From Camelus dromedarius (lineage: Eukaryota): a stretch of DNA of 64,000 bases. Positions 1 to 10,760 of this stretch are shown here, in pieces. Under the pieces are notes generated by a model. It was not told where the DNA came from, did not search any database, and worked only from the letters and a program-made list of their open reading frames with translations. Position numbers and translations under genes: made by a program. Within the stretch, counting starts at the first letter, position 1; each line of letters opens with the position of its first letter. Location of the stretch: contig NC_087447.1 of the NCBI RefSeq assembly GCF_036321535.1, positions 45,632,001 through 45,696,000 on the forward strand. The letters are read 5' to 3'.

Positions 1-310
1 GTGGGAGCAAAAAAAGGCGAAAAAAAGGAAAATTGGCAGTTGTTGACCTGGTCTGGTCATTTTGAGTCACTTATTATGGAAGTTGTAGACTGGCTTACAG
101 ATTTCTTATGTAGATCAGAGTTCTATGGTCTTATGGTCTGGTCATTGTACCTTTGTGTGTTCAATCCTTCACAGAGAGAAGACAATGAGAGACAAAGAAG
201 CTTTTTAGTTTGATGCAGTCGGATTTGTCAGTTTTCCCTTTTGTTGCCTTTGTTTTTGGGATTATATCCAAAAACATCATTGCCTAGACTGATGTCAAGA
301 AGTTTTTTTC

Positions 311-696
311 CTTACAAGCCTTAAGCTGTCACCTTTTGGTGAAGACACCAACAATTCATTCACATATCTTACAAAAAAAGACTTTCTAGGACTGACAACA
401 TCGTGCATCCTATATTCAGACTGTGTAGCTCCACTCGGTTAAGTTCCGTCTGTAATAACACAGAGTTAAGTATTCTAAGGAAATAAATGTGTAGACCCTT
501 ACGTACAGACTGTGTATAAACAACTTTTGTATATACATATAGGATAGCTTTTTTGAACTTAACACAGCTATATACATAAAAGTAGCTGTTATTAGTTAAG
601 CTGGTGTCAAAAGTTTGGATTTTTTTCACTTGTACATTTGGGACTTTCTTTTGGTTGATTAAAGTTGCATGTGCTAAGTATGTGAATGGAAAAAAA
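311..696 (+). pseudogene. Retrocopied (processed) mRNA 3' end inserted into an L1
   Basis: ATTAAA at 658-663 and an A-tail from 690. The flanks form a TSD: aagaagtttttttc (297-310) and aagaagctttttttc (697-711). The L1 sequence resumes on both sides. Confidence 0.8.
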
Positions 697-981
697 AAGA
701 AGCTTTTTTTCTATATTTCCTTCCACTAGTTTTATTATTTCAGGTCTGATGTTTAGATCTTTAATCCATTTTGAATTTATTTTTGTATATGATGTGATTA
801 AGTTTCAACCTTTTTCTTCTGTGTGTCATTATCCAGTTTCTCAAAGCCAATTTTTGAAGAGATAATTCTTTCCCCATTTTGTGTTCTTGGCAATCTTGTC
901 AAATATTAGTTGCCTATCCTTGGGTGGGTTTATTGCAGGGCTCTCTGTTCCATTTGTTTATATGTCTGATTTGTGCCAGTA

Positions 982-1157
982 NNNNNNNNNNNNNNNNNNN
1001 NNNNNNNNNNNNNNNNNNNNNNNNNNNNNNNNNNNNNNNNNNNNNNNNNNNNNNNNNNNNNNNNNNNNNNNNNNNNNNNNNNNNNNNNNNNNNNNNNNNN
1101 NNNNNNNNNNNNNNNNNNNNNNNNNNNNNNNNNNNNNNNNNNNNNNNNNNNNNNNNN
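982..1157. other. Assembly gap (N x176)
   Basis: N run inside an L1. The other gaps are 15720-15857, 40001-40145, 42541-42690, 58762-59012 and 59027-59192. Confidence 0.95.
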
Positions 1158-2689
1158 GATAGGGATTGCATTTAACCTGGGGGTCACTTTTGATAGTTGA
1201 ACATTAGTATTTCTTCCATTCTATCAACATGGGATATTTTTCCATTTATTTATGTCTTCTTCAATTTTTTTCATCATAATTTTACTATTTTCAATGTACT
1301 TTTTCATCTCCTTGTTTAAATTTATCCCTTAGTATTTAATTCTTTTTGATGCTATTATTAATGGGATTGTTTTCCTAATTTCTTTTTTGGATATTTTGTT
1401 GGTACCTTATAGAAATATAACTGATTTTTGTATGTTGATTTTATATCCTGTGACTTTACTGAATTTGTTTATTAGTCTTACAGTTTTTTGGTGGATACTT
1501 TATGGTTTTCCATATGTAGAGTGTCTTTGAGGAAACAGAGGAATTGGAGAGCAAGGGAATTGCATTAATGTGTATCCAGTGTTTGGTGAGTTTGAGTTTC
1601 TTAAATAGCTGGGGAAAAAGGTTATGTGCAAAACAAAACAAAAACATATCTTACAAAAATGAAAAGACTCTGAGGTTGCACATACCTTGCATTTTTTATT
1701 ATCTGTAAGAAAGCTGGAAAGAAGTATACAATGAGATGGTCACTTGTAACAGTTGGGATCTGAGACATAAAAGAGGTCCAGAGGATGTGTCCCCTTGTAA
1801 CAATGATAAAAATTAGTCTTTCACTTTGAGTAAAATGAGAGATCCAGGCTAGTTTTCAAGTAGGTAAATGTCATGATCTGAACTGTATGTTCAGAGGATA
1901 ATTCTGACTGTTCTTTTGATCTTTGTCTAAAGAGGGAAATAGTTGAGAAAGGAGGCCATTTATGATACTGTATCAAGCAACATGAACTAAATAATATTGT
2001 ATCAAAATTAATTTCCCAAATCTCATGAGCTTGTAACAACAAAAACAGCTAAAAGAATATATTGCTCGCTTATGTTTTCATCTTTGTTGCTTTGATCTGA
2101 AATTTATTTTGAAGTTCATGAAGCCCCTGTATAGAACTACTGCTGTTTCATTGAGAAAAAGAGACAATAATACTAAATTATGGCTTTTAAATCTTCAGTT
2201 CATAAGTAACACGGTTAAATCTACTTACATTGCATTGACCAAAGCAAGTCCCAGGATGAAGACTGATGTCGCTAGAGTAGAAAAATAATACTCCCACAGT
2301 GAGAAGCATGCTTAGACAGCTGCAGTATTATTTTGAACTATTACATCCTACATTGTTATTACAAATACTCTATTAATAAATAATGGTTTGCAACAGAGCG
2401 TTATTAGATAAGTACTTGTTCTGGATATTTTGGTAGAAAAGTGAATAGGATTTGCTGATTAAGATGTAAGCTATCAAAAAAAAGAGGTACAGAGAAGTAT
2501 TTGGGGAATTTTATTATAAGCAATTATAAGATATATTTGCTGTTAGTGAAATGGGAAAAACTGGGGCAAAACAGTTTTGGGGGTCGGTATCTGAAGCCCA
2601 GTTTTGGATGTGTTAATTTAAGATGAATATCATTGTAAAGGCTAATACCCAATAGACAGTTTAATGTGTGAGTCTGAGTTTCACTTAAG

Positions 2690-3150
2690 TGTCCTGACTT
2701 ACAGAAAAGCATGGAATAAGAAGACAGTGAGGCTAGAGAGAATTAGTTGTGAGGTGAGGAGAGCAGTGGGAAGTCAAAGAGAAAATGGTAAGGCATTAAA
2801 TCATGAGCCATATACAGCTTGTACTAAGGACTCTGGGTTATCATTGCATGAGGTGGAAAATCATAGTTTTGAGCAAGGTAATTACAGCATCTAAATTAGA
2901 TTTTAATGGGGTTACTCTGACTGCTTTTTATAGAGTCAGTTGAAATTTGTGGGAGTTGAGGAAGACTGAGAGAAGAAAGACAAGTTAGGATATTACAGTA
3001 ATTCAGAATAGAGATAGATGATCATGGTTTGGATAAGATTGATTGAAATGAGTTTGTGAAATTAGTTTAATTTTAGATATGTTTAGAGACACAGGCAACA
3101 AAAATCTCTGAACAAATGGCATGTGGAATGTGATGGAAAGAAGAGTCAAG
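2690..3150. mobile_element. L2-like fragment
   Basis: L2-like wording (ggtaaggcattaaatcatgagccatatacagcttgtactaaggactctggg...gttactctgactgct); heavily diverged. Confidence 0.55.
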
Positions 3151-3449
3151 AATAATAGTTTAAGTAAAAAAAAAAGATATCTTCTTATAGAAGCAGAATG
3201 CCCCTAGGCTGCTCTCTTATTTCTTTATTATTTTACAGGGATTATCCTGATTTTACTACCTGAACATTTCTTAGAGAATATTCAGATTGCCTCTGTGACT
3301 CTTCATCTGCAGAAAAACCCACACATTACTTTCTCCACTGCTACATTGCTTTAACTGGGCCAGTTCCCTGGAAACCAGGGCAAAAGTAACATCAGTCTTG
3401 TTGACCAAAAACTAAAAACCAAAAATAAATAAATATGAACACGCATACA

Positions 3450-5560
3450 ACCAAAAATATATATCTAAAATAAGAACAGCATAACAACTTTGGAATAAAT
3501 GTTGCTTTAAAGTGGATATGAAATTATTAAGAAAAAATATCATATGAATCAAAATATGTTCTCTGACCTAAAACAAACTAATTGTCAATGGCAAAATAGT
3601 ATGATCTCTAGAGAATTCTCAAATATTTGGAAATTAAAGAACATACTTCTAAGTGATCCATGGCTCAAATAAGTCTAAAAGAAAATTAGGAAATAATAAA
3701 ATAAAAATACAAGATATCAGAATTTCTGTGGCAAGTAAAGCAGTTCTTAATGGCAAATATGATAGCATTTATTTCTTATATTAAAAAAAGAACAAGAGCT
3801 AAATAATTTATGCTTCCATCTTTTTAAAAAATGGAAACCAAAATAACCCAAAACAAACATAAGGAAGGAAATACTAAAAACAGGAGCAGACTTGAAAACA
3901 ACAATAGAAAAAATAAATAAATAATGGAACCCAAACCTGGTTCTTTGATAAACCTGTAAGCAGATTGACAGAGAGAGAGAGAAATCACCAACATCAAAAA
4001 CTTATAAAGAAGGCATATAAGTACTGACCCTACAGACAGCAAGATGTGAATAGTGGGATAGTACAGACAATTCTATGCATATAAATGTGACAATTTAGAT
4101 GAAACAGATAAATTTATTGAAAGAATAAATTACCAAATTACACTCAAGAGTAAATAAATAATCTGATTTTTTTTTCTGGATTATATCTTAGTGAATTTTT
4201 ATCAAGTGTGTAAGGAAGAAATAACACCAGTTCTTCCCAATATCTAGAAACTAGAAGAGAAAGAAGACATTTCTAAACTCATTTTATGAGACCATTTGCT
4301 CATAATGACAACAAAAGAAAGATAGTACAAGAAAAAAAGCCACAGATCAATATTCTTTATGCATATATATCTCAGAATCTAAAAATAGCAAATTGAATTC
4401 TGCAAAATAAAGACAAATAATACATCACAAAAAGTAAGATTTATCTCAGGACTGTAAGGAGAATTGAATAGTGAAATCAATCAGTGTATCCCAACACATA
4501 AAAATATGTAACAAGAAAAAGAATTATATAATTGTATTGATACCTACAAAAATCATTTGGAAATATTTTAATATCTAATCATTATAAAAACTTAAGCAAA
4601 CTGAAAATAGAAGCAAACTTTCTCAAACTGATAAAGGACATCTCAAAAAAGACCATTATAAGTAATATATGAAGATTCAATTATTTGGAACAAAGTAAGG
4701 GTGTTCATTCTCATCACTTCTGTCCAGTATCATATTTGAAGTCCTAGTATGTGCATTAAGGATAGAAAAAGAAACAAAAGACATTCAGTTTGGAAAGAAA
4801 GAAAGAAAACTGTCCCTCTTTGCAGATGACATGCTTTTACATAGAAAATACCAAGAAATCTAAGAAAACTTAATGGAAATAATGAGTGAGTTTATCAAGA
4901 TCGATGGCAAAAATTAATCATATTTTTATACACTAACAATGAGCAAATGACAAAATAAGAGTCATTTATAACAGCTAAAAAAAGATCAAAATATGTGCAA
5001 AATCTACATGCTTAGAGCTACAAAACACTGATGCAAGAAATTTTAAAAAGACCCAAATGAGACATACTGTCATCTTGTATTTTAAGAATATACTTAGGAT
5101 ATCAATTTTCACTAAAGTAATCTAGATTCAGTGCAGTTTAATGTATATATTTTCTTCCTGTGTCTTCTTTCAGTTAGTAGTGTCTTTATGAACATAAAAT
5201 CTTAATTTTAATATAGTCCAGTTTATTAATGTCCTAAAAGCTATTTTTTTGTATTTTATTTAATGCTATTGAAGAAAGCTTTGCTTGTCCTAAGATAATG
5301 AAGATACCTCCCCTCCCATATTTTTTCTTATGGCTTTATTATTTGGCCTTTCCATTAAAATCTAAAATAAATCTGCAATCTACTTGATTGTTGGGATTAA
5401 AATTTATTTTAGAATAATGGATATGAATATCCAGCTTACTCATCAGCGTGTGTTAAAAGGAAAGAACATTCTCTACTGTGTAGTGTGACACCTTTGTCAT
5501 ATTCAGCCAATTGTCCATTCTAGACTTCATATTTCTTACATTGGTCATCTTTAAAATCAT
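3450..5560. mobile_element. Old L1 with a sense segment (to about 5140) joined to an inverted antisense segment
   Basis: Sense ORF2 remnants (ctgtccctctttgcagatgacatg) switch polarity at agattcagtgcagtttaatgtatatat. Confidence 0.75.
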
Positions 5561-7677
5561 TGTTCAGTCCCCCTTTGTCATAATTAATAAAAATTTTTGT
5601 GTGAACCATATAGTGAGGTCTACTAGGAGTAGAGATGCATGGTTTTAGTCATCTCGGCTGAAGTCGGCTGAGGACATGGAGCTAGGTTGCAATGTAGGTG
5701 TGCAGCTACATACAGTGCAAATACTCTATACTGAGAACACAGAACACTTATCTATACTAAGAACATGAACACTGAGACAAAAAAAAACTGATAAGAATGT
5801 GACATGATTTGTACATAATTTGTATTAATGTGTTTTCCCTTGTTAATTGATAAAATTCATCTGAGACTTTTTTGGCAGCTGTTGTGCAACCTTTGTCAGA
5901 AGTTCAGGGAAGATATAATTTATATTCAGGATAATGAGAAAAAATATTAATTGGTGAGGAATCCTAGAACATTTTGAATGGCATATGTATCCTCAGTTGG
6001 CTTATACAGGTTGTTGTAAAGTAAATTGCATTCACAGGGATATTTGAAAATATGTTTCACAACACTTTGAGCATTGACCAGAGTTATAGGTTGACCTAAC
6101 AATGTGGCTGGCTTAGAGGAAGAGATCAGATGAATAAATTCAGGCTGAGAACATTCTAGGATGCCTAGAAGTGTAGAAACTCATCCTGTGTTCAAGACTT
6201 CATTGAGACAGTACAAGTTAAAGAAATACCTGGACTATTGAAACAACTCTCTGGGTGCAGCAGTAATGACAACTTGATTATCCATAAATCAGGAAGAGGG
6301 CCTTGCTGGCACAAAACAGTACTGTGCACCATGGTATAAAATAATTTCAGATATGCAACCAAAGAAATGACTATAAGTCGATGAACTGGGAAAGATGGTG
6401 CAGGCTCAGTTTCCATCACCATGACTGGGTTATTTATTACTCACATCTAAGGATCCAAATCCAGAGGAAAAATTTATGAAAGTTGGAATGGAAGTAAACA
6501 TGTGCTGGGAGAAAGACCTTTCTTATCTACTTATGGACCATGAAATGAGCCTACCCACAAATCTAGACATATCTCAGCTGATACAAAATGATAATGCCCT
6601 TGGGGCAGATGATGGTTATAGGCCAAACCAAGGCATGCCACCTGGCTGACACTGAGACGGAATACCTGCAAGACCAAATACCAAAATGTCAACAGGCTTT
6701 GACTCCTATCATTATTGGGATATGTATGAGAGTCTCTTCCAGAGACGGGACACATTAGACGTACTGCTGAATGGCAGACCACAGGGCTATGCAGAGGTGT
6801 AGGAAACAAAGCTGAGTACTCAGTGCTACAGTGACTTGTAAATGGTTCTGAGGCTGAGCTGTGGGTTGGCTCTTACTCTACGAGAGCTCCAACTCATGGA
6901 GAATCACCTGGGAACTTCTGTGTGCCTGCCTGAGGGCTGGAGTTTTGGTACAACAGCCAGATTTCAAGGCCAGATGCAATAATTAAAGTGGCAGTTTGAC
7001 ATAGGTGTGTTCTAGGGACAAAAAGGGTGATGCCAATGGCAATGATAGAAACTATATGCTAACAGCTGTGCACCTGGACAAAAGCTCCTTCAGCTGTGAC
7101 TGTTACACTAAGATATCTATCCTAGAATCTAACAACACTCTCTGCTGTTGTCTAGTAAGATAGATTAGAAATGCGGACTCACAAAACTTCCTAAAATGAG
7201 GAGGTAGCTTAACTTGGTATTTTTGAAGTTCCAGCTAGGAAGTTATGAATAACAGTTGTTATTTAGGTACTGGAATATTGCTGTACTTTAAGACAAAATG
7301 TCAAAATTTTGGGATACAGCAGAAGCAATAATTTAAGATGTATCTATAGTTTAAAATGCAAATATTCCAAAAGATAAAAACTAGAAAAATCAAGAAGTTT
7401 TCTTAACAAAAAGTAACATAATTACAAATTACACAAATAAATTAAAAGAAAGTAATAAAGATGAAATTAGAAATAAAATGAATAAATAGATCTAATTTCA
7501 GTCTTAACTTGAATAGATCTTATTTCATCCTGGCTTGTAGTTTGTGAGGTGAATGTTTTTAAGTTGGAGCATGATGAAGCCCCTATCAATGAACACAGAG
7601 AGTTCAGTCTATCTCCATCTCTAGGAAATAAAAGTGTTCTTTCCTTGAACTTAATATTTGATAGATCACTGGTGTTA

Positions 7678-8612
7678 TCAGCGATTCAGTAAAAAAATCT
7701 GTGCCACATGTTTACGAATTACATTATTTTTTACACCATAGACAATAGGGTTGAGTGCCGGTGGCACAAGGAGGTAGATGGTAGACAGAAGTATGTGGGT
7801 AGAGGGGACAACATGTCCGAACCGATGGCTGAAGGAGAAGAAGGCAAGAATATAAAACTCAAGGAAAACAAAAATGTGAGCTGTACAGGTATTGAATGCT
7901 TTGAGCCGTGCCTCCTTTTGACGTAGATGAAAAACAGCCTGGAAAATAAGGATATAGGAAATGAGGATAAAAATCATGTCAAATCCCAGAATTGTAAAAC
8001 CCACAAAAAGACCACATGTTTTATTGACTTGGATGTCTTCTGCAGCCAGCTTGACAACAGCCATGTGCTCATAGTAAGAGTAGGCAATTACAGTGGAATG
8101 GAAAAGGTACAGTCTTTTAATTAAAATGGGTAAAATGCCAATGAGCACTGTTGCTCGGATTGCCACAACCAGCACCATACTAACCAGAATGAAAGGTGTG
8201 AGGATGGATGTGTGCCTCAGAGGATCACAGATGGCAATGCAGCGGTCAAAGGCCATTGCCAACAGGATGCCAGATTCCATGCCCTGCAAGGCGTGGATGA
8301 AGAAGAGCTGGGCTAAGCAAGCATCAAAGGCCATGGAGAAGGGCCAAACCAGAAGATAGCCAACATCTTGGGAGCAATGGCTACACAGAGCCCTACATCT
8401 GTAGCTGCCAGTACTGCCAGGAAGATGTACATGGGCTGATGCAGGCTGCGTTCTGCAGGGATGATTATCAGTAAAACAGTGTTTCCCAGAAGAGCCACTA
8501 GGCACACTACAAAGAAGGAAAACCCAATCCAAAACTGCACATGCTCTAATCCAGGGATGCCAATTAGTGTCAATGTTTTGGGGTCCAGGTATGACATGTT
8601 AATGGATGCCAT
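7678..8612 (-). pseudogene. OR52A-like class I olfactory receptor pseudogene
   Basis: The ORF 8313..8612 (MASINMSY...GIPGLE...GN...LHQPMYIFL) and the ORF 7678..8532 (MAFDR, KAFNTC, PPALNPIVYG) are in different frames. There is a 1-nt deletion at 8338/8339 relative to the paralogue at 47.7 kb (ggag-aagggcc vs ggagcaagagcc). Other lesions: DRY>DRC, HSYCE>YSYYE, a 3-nt deletion in FFSFFSHRFG, and GGA>TGA four codons before the ancestral stop at 7666-7668. Confidence 0.95.
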
Positions 8613-8652
8613 GAAAGTTAGTGATCTTTCTTTTCACTGCTGATTCTCATAC

Positions 8653-8667
8653 CTATGGAAGAGAAAG
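8653..8667 (-). promoter_or_regulatory. Splice acceptor of the OR coding exon
   Basis: The minus strand reads ctttctcttccatAG|gtatgagaatcag, about 40 nt upstream of the ATG. The paralogue at 61559 has an acceptor at the equivalent position. Confidence 0.7.
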
Positions 8668-9120
8668 TAAATGAGAAGTGAAAAAGGACACAGACCTCAC
8701 TATCATTTAGACGTGTTTGAACATTGAAGAAATAAGTTCAGTTCTTTAGATAACAATCAGGCCAGAACATTCAGAGGTTCTATACAATATGACAGGACAA
8801 CAATAGGAAACCATCTTTCAAAAGCTTTGCTAGAGCCATACATGAACAGGGGAGAGTTTCAGGATTTCTGACTTACCATTTGTGTAAATAGAAACCATGA
8901 CCCTGAGAATACTCATCTTTTGCATTTTCCATGGCCTCTAGTCTGGGCTGTCTGAAAAACCACCAGGCTTTCCTTCTTTATTTATTTCTGAATGCCAACC
9001 AAATTTTGCTATAATTGCAGATTCCCCCTGGGATCCTTAAGGACCCAGAAGAGAATGTTTTTGTTGCCCCATGTGCATTAGTTCATAGTCCTATTGGAGA
9101 CTTCACCCTCAACCATCTAC

Positions 9121-9180
9121 TCCTGGTCCCAGAGAGCACATTATTTATCCCTGAGTTGTTTGCATTGGTTATCAATTGGG
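9121..9180 (-). promoter_or_regulatory. Candidate OR promoter block with O/E (EBF)-like sites and a CCAAT box
   Basis: TCCCAGAGA, ATCCCTGAG and CATTGGTT (AACCAATG on the minus strand) are collinear with 62003-62062 upstream of the paralogue. Confidence 0.55.
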
Positions 9181-10539
9181 AAGAGAGTTTAGCTATCTTA
9201 TATTCACTTATTCCATTGTAAAAAATGGACCAGTCACTGCAAGGCACTTAAGAATGACCCTTAGAGAAGATGTGAAGATGGTGGTCTATTTTTAAAGGCT
9301 GTTAGAGGTGGTTAGTTCTCTAAATTAATTATGCCTCATATGTGTTTAGGGTAGATTTGTTGCATGGAATAGGGAAAGTGAAATATGGAGGATTTGTTTG
9401 TTTTTTTAACAGAGAGACTTAGGAAATTTAAAAACATAAGGAGAATACAGAGAAATATTTCAAGAAGAATAACAGCTAAAAATAATGTAGAATCTAGTCA
9501 AAAGCAGAACTTATCTAGCCTAGAGTTACCACACAGCTGGATGAATGTGATTATGCATTTCCCCCACAATATAAAGGTCCATAGGTTACTAGTTAAGATT
9601 GTATATACTTTTGCTTTACACAGTGGGAGTCCTACTTTTCTTTTTAATAACTTTACACATGTTATGACTCCATACTATACTGTGTTTCTCTGTTCTACAC
9701 CATACTATGATTAATTAGCTGTGGTTTGAATTCTGAAGCACATTTGAATATAATGACCAATTCTTAATACCTCCCTAGTTTAGCACTCTTTCTTCAATTT
9801 GACCTGAGTTCCCTTTTATGGGGTCCAAATTGCAAATTTAAGAACTCAGTTTTTATTTCTCATTAATTTCTATTTCATTCTCTAATGTTTGTACCATTTC
9901 ACATTTTACTCCAATCTGTTCATACCTAAACACTGATTGAAGTTACTCCCAGGAAGAGATTTTCTCTGATCTGGTCAAATCCATACACTGTAGAAAAACA
10001 AGCATGGAGGTCTCTATTTATCTCTGGGAGCAATCTCTTGAAAAAGGTCATCTAAATAACTGTTTCATACTCACTTGAAACAAGTGTATGGAGGTATAAA
10101 AGCAATTTTTGGTCCAATAATTCTCATATGAATGAAAACCAAATCAATGGAGGGACACTGGGACCTCTTTCCTTGTGATCTTGTAGCAATACTAATGCTG
10201 TATACTGTACTAATAGTAATACTGTAGTCAAAATACTCATAAAATAAGGATTAAAACAAATATGACAAATAATTTCCTTTGATGTCCCTGTGCAGTATTT
10301 GGAAGGATATGGTGGGAGAAATGATGAAATGAGTGGAGGATGTTGCTAATATTTATGAGTTTGAGTTGCCAGAAATGATAGAAGCTAAGAGAGAAGGAAA
10401 TCTCAGAATCTAAATAAATCAGCATCCCCTGAATTCAATAATTGCCTGAATTGTAAAGGCAAACATAAATAGTATTATAGTTAGTCCCACCCACTTGATG
10501 ATAATGCTGTTACCAGATTATTTGTCTAATAATCAGTAA

Positions 10540-10760
10540 GTAGTTAAAATCAAAGGCTTCAAAATGTGAAAAATGACCTGGCTACTAATCCCGGACCACC
10601 CCTGCCCACTTAACTTTTATGGAATCTTGCCGAAGATTTTATGGTATCTTACACATTGCTCATGGTTCACTCATCGGTAAGTTAAGAATAGTAATCTCAC
10701 TTACCTCTGTGCTAAATAAGAGCACATATAGAACAGATCAGTGGTTGGCACAGTTTAGAC
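10540..10760. mobile_element. MIR SINE
   Basis: MIR core-like (gacctggctactaatcccgg...ttcactcatcggtaagttaagaatagtaat); a counterpart lies at 63190-63360. Confidence 0.6.

Larger units (their letters stand above)
196..1510 (-). mobile_element. L1 ORF2 remnant (antisense), interrupted by the retrocopy and an N-gap
   Basis: Typical antisense L1 text (gaagctttttagtttgatgcagtc; ctttaatccattttgaatttatttttgtatatg; gatagggattgcatt). Confidence 0.85.

Noticed and set aside
879-1200. ORFs spanning N runs (also at 15.5-15.9, 39.9-40.2, 42.5-42.8 and 58.5-59.3 kb)
   Set aside because: They are open only because N codons contain no stops; the flanks are L1 or Tigger remnants.
7708-8643. Antisense and alternate-frame ORFs overlapping the OR genes, including near-identical peptides at 7708..7926 and 60550..60831
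   Set aside because: These are shadow frames of OR codon usage; their similarity follows from the gene-conversion tract and gives no independent coding evidence.
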